Source: an uncultured Roseicyclus sp.
Lineage (GTDB): Bacteria; Pseudomonadota; Alphaproteobacteria; Rhodobacterales; Rhodobacteraceae
Direction of reading: 5' to 3'
Assembly: GCA_947489665.1 (NCBI GenBank)
Contig: CANLEH010000003.1
Span: forward strand, 337,400-401,399
DNA length: 64,000 bases
Shown here one piece after another: positions 9,263 through 17,226 of this stretch. The translations under genes and the position numbers were made by a program. The notes below the pieces were generated by a model. The model did no database searches. It was not told the origin of the DNA and was given only the letters and a program-made list of their open reading frames with translations. Each line of letters starts with the position of its first letter. Within the stretch, counting starts at the first letter, position 1.

Positions 9263-10441
9263 ATGCGCCGTTTCCTCGTTCCGCTGCTTCTTTCCCTAAC
9301 CCTCGGCACCACCGCGACCGCCCAACAATGTGGCGGGGATTTCGGGCAATTCGTCCAGGGCCTCCGCGCCGAAGCGGCTGAGCGCGGCCACAGCCAAGAG
9401 GCCATCGACGGCTTCTTCCGCCATGCGTCCTACTACCAACGCGCGCTCGATGCCGACCGCAGGCAAGGCATCTTCACCGTCCCCTTTACTGATTTCGCAC
9501 GCCGCCTGATCAGCCAAAACCGAATGGATGCGGGCCGCCGCAACGCCGACCGTCAAGCCGCCACCTTCAACGCCATCCAGGAACGCTTCGGCGTCTCCCG
9601 CGGCATCCTTCTGGCCTTCTGGGCGTTCGAGACCGACTACGGCGCCTTCCAGGGAGACTACAACACGCTCGACAGCCTCGTGACCCTTGCCCACGATTGC
9701 CGCCGCCCCGAACTCTTCCGCCCCGAGGTCTTCGGCGCGCTGGAACTCTTCGAGCAGGGCGATTTCGACCCCGTGAACACCGTCGGCGCTTGGGCGGGTG
9801 AAATCGGCATGGTCCAGATGCTCCCCGAAGACATCGTGAACTTCGGCATCGACGGCGATGGCGACGGGCAGGTCAATCTGCAAACCTCCGCCCCCGACGC
9901 GCTGCTTTCCGGCGCCAATATCCTCTCCTCCCTCGGCTGGCGCGCCAACGAACCCTGGCTCGTCGAAGTCACCCTGCCCACCGATCTCGACTGGTACCAG
10001 ACCGGCGTCCACACCACCCGCTCCGTGGCGGAGTGGGAGGCTGACGGCGTCCGCGCCCGTGCCGGTGGCACCCTGCCCATGCCCAACACCCAGGCCTCCA
10101 TCGTCATCCCCCAGGGCCGCAACGGCCCCGCCTTCATCGCCTACCCGAACTTCAACGTCCTGTTCGAGTGGAACCAGTCCTTCACCTACGTCCTGACCGC
10201 CGCCTATTTCGCCACCCGGCTTGAAGGTGCGCCGGTCTTCGACGCCCGCAACCCCGACGCGGGCCTGAACGGCGACCAGATGCGCCGCCTGCAAGAACTC
10301 CTCGCCGCCCGCGGCCATGACGTGGGCCGCATCGACGGCATCCTCGGCGTCGGCACCCGCGCCGCCGTGCGTGAGGAACAGCGCCGCCTCGGCCTCCCCG
10401 CCGACGCCTGGCCCACCACCGCGCTCCTGAACGCGCTTTAA
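9263..10441 (+). CDS. Lytic murein transglycosylase (MltB/SLT_2 type) with C-terminal peptidoglycan-binding domain
   Basis: Track ORF 9158..10441 trimmed to ATG 9263 (MRRFLVPLLLSLTLGTTATA signal). It has the block ILLAFWAFETDYG and a C-terminal GHDVGRIDGILGVGTRAAV PG_binding_1-like motif. Confidence 0.8.
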   Translation: MRRFLVPLLLSLTLGTTATAQQCGGDFGQFVQGLRAEAAERGHSQEAIDGFFRHASYYQRALDADRRQGIFTVPFTDFARRLISQNRMDAGRRNADRQAATFNAIQERFGVSRGILLAFWAFETDYGAFQGDYNTLDSLVTLAHDCRRPELFRPEVFGALELFEQGDFDPVNTVGAWAGEIGMVQMLPEDIVNFGIDGDGDGQVNLQTSAPDALLSGANILSSLGWRANEPWLVEVTLPTDLDWYQTGVHTTRSVAEWEADGVRARAGGTLPMPNTQASIVIPQGRNGPAFIAYPNFNVLFEWNQSFTYVLTAAYFATRLEGAPVFDARNPDAGLNGDQMRRLQELLAARGHDVGRIDGILGVGTRAAVREEQRRLGLPADAWPTTALLNAL

Positions 10442-10502
10442 CCTCTCGCTAACCCAACCAGTCGATCCTGCTTGCCCTTCTCCGCTCGCAGGATCGACAC
10501 CC

Positions 10503-11336
10503 ATGCCCGAAATCCACCAAATCCCACTGAACGACATCGACGAATACGCCCTCCCCCGCGACCGCGACGCCCTCGATCAGACCGACCTCTCCGACCTCAC
10601 CCTCTCCATCGCCGCCCACGGCCTCCGCATGCCGATCGAAGTCTTCCCCGCAACCGGCCCCAAACCCTACGGCCTCATCTCCGGCTTCCGCCGCCTCTCC
10701 GCCCACCGCGAGCTCACCCTCGACACCATCCCCGCCTTCATCCGCCAACCCGCCGACATCCCCTCAGCCCTCGCCGCCATGATCGAGGAGAATGAGATCC
10801 GCGCCGACATCACCCCGTGGGAGCGCGCCAAAATCGTCCTCACCGCCATCGACCACGGCCATTTCGACACCATCGACGCGGCCCTCCCCCGCCTCTACCC
10901 CACCTACGACCGGTTCCGCCAAACCCGCCTCCGCGCCGTGGCCGAGGTCGTGGCCCATTTCGGCGAGTCCACTCTGACCGACCCACGCGCCCTCTCCCAA
11001 CGCCAACTCACCCGCCTCGCCACCAACCTGCGCGCGGGCATGGGCGACACCATGCTGGTCGCCCTCCAAGAGTCCTCCGACAAGTCCCCCGCCACCCAAT
11101 GGAGCCTCTTGGCTGCCATCTGTGAGGACGCAGAGGCCGAGGCCAAAGCCTCCAGACTCCAATACAAGGAAGGCCGCCCCCGGCATCACGTCCGCGTCCA
11201 AAACGACCTAACCGTCCGCCGAGAGCGCACGAAAGATGGCTGGACCCTGCGGTTCACGGGGAGGACGGCGTGCGGTCCGCTGATGGAGGACATCATGGAT
11301 TACGTCGAAGACACCTTCGGCCACCGCCAACGCTGA
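10503..11336 (+). CDS. ParB/Srx N-terminal-domain protein (orphan ParB-like, nuclease/CTPase fold)
   Basis: 277-aa ORF. GLRMPIEVF...YGLISGFRRLSAH matches the ParB box (GxRRxxA). IEENEIRADITPWERAKIV matches the ENxxRxDLxPxE block. No parA lies next to it. Confidence 0.7.
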   Translation: MPEIHQIPLNDIDEYALPRDRDALDQTDLSDLTLSIAAHGLRMPIEVFPATGPKPYGLISGFRRLSAHRELTLDTIPAFIRQPADIPSALAAMIEENEIRADITPWERAKIVLTAIDHGHFDTIDAALPRLYPTYDRFRQTRLRAVAEVVAHFGESTLTDPRALSQRQLTRLATNLRAGMGDTMLVALQESSDKSPATQWSLLAAICEDAEAEAKASRLQYKEGRPRHHVRVQNDLTVRRERTKDGWTLRFTGRTACGPLMEDIMDYVEDTFGHRQR

Positions 11337-11346
11337 CGGCTGGCAC

Positions 11347-11401
11347 CCGTAGGGTGGGTGAAACCCACCATTCCGAACCGTAGGGCGGGACTAGTCCCGC
11401 C
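11347..11401 (+). repeat. Two tandem REP-like hairpin elements sharing a CCGTAGGG leader
   Basis: CCGTAGGGTGGGTgaaACCCACC spans 11347..11369 and CCGTAGGGCGGGACtaGTCCCGCC spans 11378..11401. Each is a perfect 7-8 bp stem. A third GC hairpin lies at 11425..11455 (GGGCAG ... GCGCGCaaGCGCGC ... CTGCCC). Confidence 0.7.
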
Positions 11402-11612
11402 GCCCCGGCCAGTTCAACACACCCGGGCAGAATCAAGCGCGCAAGCGCGCTGCCCATCGCCGGGCCGCCCCCCGGCACGGCGATTTGGCTGATCTTGGTA
11501 CTCCGCTTGTTCTGTGGGACGTGCTTGGCTACCATTAAGCGCCTTGAAACGACCGTCGGATCGCCGCACTGCGGCCCGTCGATGGGCCTGTACTTACAAT
11601 CAATAGAGATGA

Positions 11613-13208
11613 CTATTCGATATCAATTGATATCCCTTCCCCATTCTCCATCGCCCGCCACCAAGTCGTTAGATTTCCGTCCATGATTATCGCGCTCGGA
11701 GCGGTGGCTTCCAAACGGATTGATTCAAGTTCTTGGGTCAACGTTTTTTCAAGCGAACTAATGGGCTGTTTGAATGCAAAAGACTTTACGATCTTTGGAT
11801 TGCCAAAATAAAATGTCTGACGCAATCTGTCTCTCTTGCGGGCTTTGTGGTCGATTTGGTAAATCGCACCCACGCTCCAAGAGCCAATTTTCGTACAAGA
11901 ATAGCCGATCAAAAGTTCAAACTCATCCACGTCACTCTTGAATTCACCGTCAAAACGCAACGACCCTGATTGCATAATGGCAGTTGCCAGGTGCATATCG
12001 GCAACGTTTTTCTGAAATTCCGAGAAACTAGTCTGTACTTCGCTAGATTTTTGGGGCCCGAGAAGGTCGCAAATGTGCGCTCCAACTTTGGCATGCTGAT
12101 AAATCCAGTCACCGGGAAGCGGCGGATCGCTGACCTCGCCACCAAACAATTTTCCGTGTTCTAAGTGTACTTCAAAACGTAGCGGCTTCTTGCTCGCATA
12201 CGCGAGCATTGAAACCAATCCGATCTTTTGGTCGAAGGGGCCGTACCCATCTAGGTCAAGTGAGAACCGAATGTCGTTTACACTCTGATTTGGAGATGTG
12301 AGAATATCGATGCCGCCCGCATCGATACGGATGCGAAAGTTCGGGTCCGTTGGGTGAATCAGTTTCGGCACGCGGCAAATCGCTGAAATATCAAAAAAGC
12401 GGCCGTTTTCATCTAGAATTTTCAGTACTGCGGGCATGGGTTCTGATGTGATCTTCATCCGACCATCATCACCGAAGCGATTCTGTACCGGTACTTCAAT
12501 CCCAAAGCGCTGATCAAATAATTGGAAGTTGGCTACTGGTATATCTTCTGAAAGCCCAAGTTCGTGTAGTACGACCTCCTCAGCGGACGCAGTGTTTGGG
12601 ATGGAGAAAACTCCTCGATGTGTGAATTCACCGTAGCCAACGGTGTCGATCAATTCGATCTTTCTTGCAGAGTACTTTCCGGCCCCATGTTTTTGGATGA
12701 CCTCATATAGCCAGTCACTTGGGCATACTTCGATAGCATCTGCCTGCGAAAATGATAGCGACCAAGTTGATTTATGGAGGGGGGCTCCGCCCCCCTTTTG
12801 TGAGTGCATTCGCGCACGTTTTAGTATGGCTTCAATTTCTTCGCGCCAAATATGACGACCATAAAGAACGGGTCCTTCTTTCATCCTCTGATGATGAAAT
12901 AGAAAAATGAATGTGGGACTAGGAGATTTTGCAGCCTTCACCGCGTTGCTGAGTTTAAGTCGGGTCTTGGGCTGTTCCGCGCTAGTGGTCTTGATTTGGG
13001 CAAAGCATTGAAACAAATGATTGGCCAGATCGCTAGGCAATTGCTGATTCGAAGGCGGTCTGAGATCAATAACATGATCCCAGCCGTTCTCGTCGTCAGA
13101 GGCTTTATTTACTACAGCGTCGATTCCTGCGGCTGGACTTTGGCACCGCTCGGAAAATAAAGCTTCGCCGTGTCGTCCCTGCCTGGATGCGTTGTCTGCA
13201 GTCAACAA
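11613..13208 (-). CDS. Orphan 531-aa protein on a low-GC islet: N-terminal DUF4365-like PD-(D/E)xK nuclease-fold domain plus about 400 aa of unknown function
   Basis: Long uninterrupted ORF in an AT-richer stretch with a TTG start at 13208. N-terminal landmarks are GRHGEALF, DENGWDHVIDL, FAQIKTT and PTFIFLF. I recognise no other motif: no Walker A, no TM segment, no repeats. Confidence 0.75.
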   Translation of the reverse strand: MLTADNASRQGRHGEALFSERCQSPAAGIDAVVNKASDDENGWDHVIDLRPPSNQQLPSDLANHLFQCFAQIKTTSAEQPKTRLKLSNAVKAAKSPSPTFIFLFHHQRMKEGPVLYGRHIWREEIEAILKRARMHSQKGGGAPLHKSTWSLSFSQADAIEVCPSDWLYEVIQKHGAGKYSARKIELIDTVGYGEFTHRGVFSIPNTASAEEVVLHELGLSEDIPVANFQLFDQRFGIEVPVQNRFGDDGRMKITSEPMPAVLKILDENGRFFDISAICRVPKLIHPTDPNFRIRIDAGGIDILTSPNQSVNDIRFSLDLDGYGPFDQKIGLVSMLAYASKKPLRFEVHLEHGKLFGGEVSDPPLPGDWIYQHAKVGAHICDLLGPQKSSEVQTSFSEFQKNVADMHLATAIMQSGSLRFDGEFKSDVDEFELLIGYSCTKIGSWSVGAIYQIDHKARKRDRLRQTFYFGNPKIVKSFAFKQPISSLEKTLTQELESIRLEATAPSAIIMDGNLTTWWRAMENGEGISIDIE

Positions 13209-13276
13209 GTCTAGAATTTCCCTAACAAAACCTTAACGCCAAACCTAAAACCCAACAATCCCAATCACTTAACCCC

Positions 13277-13296
13277 TTTGTGCACGCGTGCACAAA
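13277..13296. repeat. 20-bp perfect palindrome TTTGTGCACGCGTGCACAAA just 3' of the smc stop, at the right edge of the islet
   Basis: Read directly. smc stops at 13301..13303. It may act as a terminator stem for smc, but no clean U-run follows. Confidence 0.6.
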
Positions 13297-13300
13297 CCCC

Positions 13301-16300
13301 TCACGCCACCAGGGCCTCGGCCTTTTTCAGGTCCACCGACACCAGCTGGCTCACCCCCTGCTCGCCCATCGTCACCCCGAACAGCCGGTCCATGCGGGCC
13401 ATCGTGACCGCGTGGTGCGTGATCGTCAGGAACCGTGTATCCGTCTGGCGGGTCATCTCGTCGAGCATGTCGCAGAACCGGTTCACGTTGGCGTCGTCCA
13501 GCGGCGCGTCGACCTCGTCCAGCACACAGATCGGCGCCGGGTTCGCCAGGAACACCCCAAAGATCAGCGCCAGCGCCGTCAACGTCTGCTCGCCCCCGGA
13601 AAGCAGCGAAAGCGTCGAGAGTTTCTTGCCCGGCGGTTGGCACAGGATCTCCAGCCCCGCTTCCAGCGGATCGTCCGATTCCACCAGCACCAGCCGCGCT
13701 TCCCCGCCCCCAAAGAGGTGCGTGAACAGTTTCGAGAAGTTCGCGTTCACCTCGTCGAACGCCTTCAACAACCGCTCCCGCCCTTCCTTGTTCAGCGAGG
13801 CAATCCCCGTTCGCAGCTTCGCAATCGCCGCTTCCAGGTCCTCTTTCTCGGTCAGAAGCCCGTCATGCTCCTCCCGAACCTCCCGCGCATCCTCTTCCGC
13901 CCGCAGGTTCACCGCGCCCAAAGCGTCCCGCTGACGCCGTAGACGCATAACATCCGCCTCAATCCGGTCGAGCGACGGCAAAGGCTCCGGCAATTCGCCC
14001 AAGGAGTCACGCAAAGCCTCCGGTGACATCTCCGTATCCTCAGCAATCCGCTCAGCCGCCGCCTGCACAGCCTCCGCCGCCGCATCCCGCCGCGCTTCCG
14101 CCGCAGCCCGCCCTTCCCGCGCTTCCGAGGCCGCGCGCTCCGAATCCCGCTCCGCAGCCGTCGCCGCACGCAGGTTCGACTCACCGACAGACAAAGCATC
14201 CGCCGCCGCCGCCTTCCGCGTCTCAGCCTCGGTGATCTGAATTGCCAGAGTTTCCCGCCGCTCCGCGATTTCCCCAGGCTTCTGCTTGGCATCCGCTAGC
14301 GCACCCTCAGCCTCACCGCGCCGCTTCTCAAGCTCGGCAAGCCGCGTTGCTGCATTCGTCAAACGGTTCTGCCAGCTGGTGATCTCCTGCCCGATCTTGG
14401 TGATGCGAGAGACGCGGTCCTCACCATCGCGCTTCACCTCATCAAAGGCGGCGCGTTTGGCCAGCATGGTCATCCGCGCGGCTTCGACGGTGGTTTTCAC
14501 ATCGGCGAGCTTCTGACGCACGGCCTCCAGATCATCCAGCTCGGCCAAAGCGTCCTGCGCCCGAACCAACTCAGCGCGCGCCGTCTCAGCCTCTTCTGCA
14601 TGGCGGGCCGCTGTCAGCCGCAAAGTCTCCAGCTTGCCATCCAGCACACTTTGATCCGCCTCAGCTCGCGCAGCAGCGCGGCTGGCTTGGCTCAACTGCG
14701 TTTCAGCGTCGCGCCGGGCGGTGCGGGCGGCCTTGTCGGCCTCGGTCAGATCCGCGAGGCGCTTCGTGGCGGCTTCGTGTTTTTCAACTTCCGCATCCGC
14801 AGCGGCGCGGGCCTTGCGTTGCTCAGCCTGCAACTCCGTCAAGCGGTTGGCCTGTTCCAGACGGCGCGCTGCCGTCGAAACGGCATCCGCGGCGGCGACG
14901 GCGAACCCATCCCACCGCCAGAGGTCGCCTTCACGGCTGACAAGGCGCTGGCCGGGCTGGAGAAGCGGCTGCAGGCGCGGACCGTCAGCCACATCGATGA
15001 TGCCGATCTGGGAAAGTCGGCGCGAAAGGATTGCCGGTGCGGTGGTGACGTCAGTTGCCGGTTGCGCACCTGTTGGCAGCGGCGCAGCGCCGTCGTAGCC
15101 GGGCAAATCGGACCAGCCGGAGGCCCCAGGCGTTTCGGCGCGCGCGGCTTTGAGATCGTCGGACAAAGCGGCACCGATTGCGGCCTCAAACCCCGGAGAA
15201 ACGCTAACCTCATCAAGGACTTGGCCGCCATCGCCCCGCTCGCGCTCCAGCACGCGGGACAGCGCGTTGACTTCGGCGTCGAGCGTTCCGGCTTGGCCTT
15301 CGGCCTCGGACCTGGCAGAGCGGGCCTCTGCCTCCGTGGTCTGCGCTTCAGCGCGGGCGGCCTCGGTCGAAAGGAGCGCCTCTTCCGCACGGGCTGCAAG
15401 ATCGGTGGCGGCGGTCAGAGCATCCGCTGCGTCCGTGGCTTCGCGCTTCAACCCCTCGAGACGCGTCGCCGCCTCGGACGCGGCGGCTTTGGCGTTTTCG
15501 GCGTCGGTCTCGTTGCGGGACACCGCTTTTTCAGCTTCGCCAATGCGGCGTTCAATCGCCTGATGGCGGGCCGCCAGTGCAGCGGATTGTTCCGTGAGAT
15601 CAGAGAGTTCCGCCTCCTGCCCTGCAAGAACGGATCGCGCGTCGGTGACTTCATCGCGGGCAAGGGCCAGGCGTTCATCCTGCCCGTCTTGTTGGGCCTG
15701 AAGTTCCACCCGTTCGGTGCGCAAACGCTCCACGGTTTCGGATGCGTCGGCGTTCAGCGTCTCCTCCCGCTCGCGGTCCTTGTTGATTTGCGCGATGCGG
15801 GCGGAGAGGGTTTCAACGGCGGCTTCGGCGCGATCGGCCTCGGCCTGCAGCGAGTCGCGTTCGACCATGAGACGTTGGAGGATCGCGGCGGCGACGGCGT
15901 CTTCTTCGCGGAGGGGCGGCAGCGCCTCTTCCGCGGCTTCGCGGGCCTTCACGGCGTCGCGTGCGGCGGCTTCGGCTTGAGCGGCAGTGGCCAGGCCTGC
16001 ACGCAAAGCCTCTTCCGCGCGGAGGCGGGCTGCGTCGGCGTCGCGCCAGCGCAGGAACAGGAATAGGCCCTCGGCGATGCGCAGCTCGGACCCGATTTCG
16101 CGGTAACGGGCCGCCTGTTTTGCCTGCCTTGCCAATGAGTTAAGCTGCGAGGCGAGTTGTTCGAGCACGTCGTCGATACGGGCGAGATTGGTCTCGGCCG
16201 CTTTCAATTTCAGTTCTGCTTCATGGCGGCGCTGATAGAGGCCGGAGATGCCGGCGGCCTCTTCAAGCACGCGACGGCGCGCCTTGGGGCGGGCGTTGAT

Positions 16301-16756
16301 CAGCTCGGCAATCTGGCCCTGACGGACGAGCGCGGGGCTGTGCGCGCCGGTGGAGGCATCGGCAAAAAGCATCGACACATCGCGCGCGCGGACGTCTTTT
16401 CCGTTGAGTTTATAAGCACTTCCGGCGTCCCGGGTGATGCGGCGGACGATGTCGATTTGGTCTTCATCGTTGAACCCTGCGGGGGCCAGACGGTCCTCGT
16501 TATCGATCTGCAGCGACACCTCGGCAAAGTTGCGGGCGGGGCGCGTGGCGGCACCGCCGAAGATCACGTCTTCCATGCCTGCGCCGCGCATCGCAGTGGG
16601 GCGATTTTCGCCCATCACCCAGCGTAACGCCTCAAGAAGATTGGATTTTCCGCAGCCGTTGGGACCCACAACGCCCGTCAGACCATCGGCAATCACGAGG
16701 TCCGTGGGGTCGACGAAGGATTTGAATCCATTGAGCCTGAGCTTGGTAAACCGCAC
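13301..16756 (-). CDS. smc: Chromosome segregation protein SMC
   Basis: Track ORF 13301..16840. I prefer GTG 16756 (VRFTKLRLNGFKSF), the usual SMC N-terminus. It has Walker A GPNGCGKSN, long coiled-coil Ala/Glu/Arg-rich arms, C-terminal LSGGEQ and DEVDAPLD. ATG 16840 would add 28 non-conserved residues. Confidence 0.9.
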   Translation of the reverse strand: MRFTKLRLNGFKSFVDPTDLVIADGLTGVVGPNGCGKSNLLEALRWVMGENRPTAMRGAGMEDVIFGGAATRPARNFAEVSLQIDNEDRLAPAGFNDEDQIDIVRRITRDAGSAYKLNGKDVRARDVSMLFADASTGAHSPALVRQGQIAELINARPKARRRVLEEAAGISGLYQRRHEAELKLKAAETNLARIDDVLEQLASQLNSLARQAKQAARYREIGSELRIAEGLFLFLRWRDADAARLRAEEALRAGLATAAQAEAAARDAVKAREAAEEALPPLREEDAVAAAILQRLMVERDSLQAEADRAEAAVETLSARIAQINKDREREETLNADASETVERLRTERVELQAQQDGQDERLALARDEVTDARSVLAGQEAELSDLTEQSAALAARHQAIERRIGEAEKAVSRNETDAENAKAAASEAATRLEGLKREATDAADALTAATDLAARAEEALLSTEAARAEAQTTEAEARSARSEAEGQAGTLDAEVNALSRVLERERGDGGQVLDEVSVSPGFEAAIGAALSDDLKAARAETPGASGWSDLPGYDGAAPLPTGAQPATDVTTAPAILSRRLSQIGIIDVADGPRLQPLLQPGQRLVSREGDLWRWDGFAVAAADAVSTAARRLEQANRLTELQAEQRKARAAADAEVEKHEAATKRLADLTEADKAARTARRDAETQLSQASRAAARAEADQSVLDGKLETLRLTAARHAEEAETARAELVRAQDALAELDDLEAVRQKLADVKTTVEAARMTMLAKRAAFDEVKRDGEDRVSRITKIGQEITSWQNRLTNAATRLAELEKRRGEAEGALADAKQKPGEIAERRETLAIQITEAETRKAAAADALSVGESNLRAATAAERDSERAASEAREGRAAAEARRDAAAEAVQAAAERIAEDTEMSPEALRDSLGELPEPLPSLDRIEADVMRLRRQRDALGAVNLRAEEDAREVREEHDGLLTEKEDLEAAIAKLRTGIASLNKEGRERLLKAFDEVNANFSKLFTHLFGGGEARLVLVESDDPLEAGLEILCQPPGKKLSTLSLLSGGEQTLTALALIFGVFLANPAPICVLDEVDAPLDDANVNRFCDMLDEMTRQTDTRFLTITHHAVTMARMDRLFGVTMGEQGVSQLVSVDLKKAEALVA

Positions 16757-16933
16757 GGGATGCCTGCCTGTATTCTTCGATTCTTGGGTCGGGAGAGTTT
16801 CCGGATCGCTCTGCGGTGAGTCAACAGCGGCACGCTTCATCTCGCGTGTTTCGGCGGGTTATCCCCAAGATATGCGGGTCGTGGGCAAATATATGATAGC
16901 GTCGACCCAGTGGCCCAAGCCCGGTGGGAACTG

Positions 16934-17001
16934 TGACCATCTGGTCAGACATGCGTCCATCTGGTCACATTTTTCCGGAAAAAAGCGTCCAACTGGTCAC
17001 A
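16934..17001. promoter_or_regulatory. Three copies of CCA-N-CTGGTCA(C/G)A between the XRE gene end and the smc start; the first copy is the palindrome TGACCATCTGGTCA
   Basis: Copies begin at 16937, 16957 and 16989 (spacing 20 and 32 bp). The last two share 16 of 17 nt (GCGTCCATCTGGTCACA and GCGTCCAACTGGTCACA). Confidence 0.5.
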
Positions 17002-17004
17002 GTT

Positions 17005-17226
17005 TCAGTTGGGCGTTTCGTTTCCTGCGACCGCCTCGAGCAGGTCACCGGGCTGGCATTCGAGCACCTCGCAGATCTTCGCCAGGGTTTCGAACCGGAT
17101 GCCCTTTACCTTGCCGCTTTTGAGAAGGCTCAGATTTTGTTCCGAAATGCCGATCTGTGCCGCAAGCTCCCGGCTTTTCATCTTGCGCAGAGCAAGCATG
17201 ACATCGAGTCGGACCACGATTTCCAC
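17005..17226 (-). CDS. XRE-family helix-turn-helix transcriptional regulator (YozG-like)
   Basis: 73-aa ORF with a GTG start overlapping the stop of the upstream DUF2975 gene (TAGTG). It contains the HTH LAAQIGISEQNLSLLKSGK. Confidence 0.8.
   Translation of the reverse strand: MEIVVRLDVMLALRKMKSRELAAQIGISEQNLSLLKSGKVKGIRFETLAKICEVLECQPGDLLEAVAGNETPN

Noticed and set aside
11619-11634. 16-bp perfect palindrome GATATCAATTGATATC (two EcoRV sites around an MfeI site) at the 3' end of the islet ORF, as a functional site.
   Set aside because: It lies within coding sequence (ISIDIE). A 16-bp palindrome is expected about once by chance in a window this size. It is noted in the islet finding but not claimed as a feature.
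13301-16840. Whether the SMC-type ATPase next to a ParB-like gene is a Wadjet (JetC) or Lamassu (LmuB) defence component.
   Set aside because: Its size (about 1150 aa), N-terminal FKSF/GPNGCGKSN, C-terminal LSGGEQ...DEVDAPLD, normal GC and lack of jetA/B/D or lmuA/C partners all fit the housekeeping chromosomal SMC.
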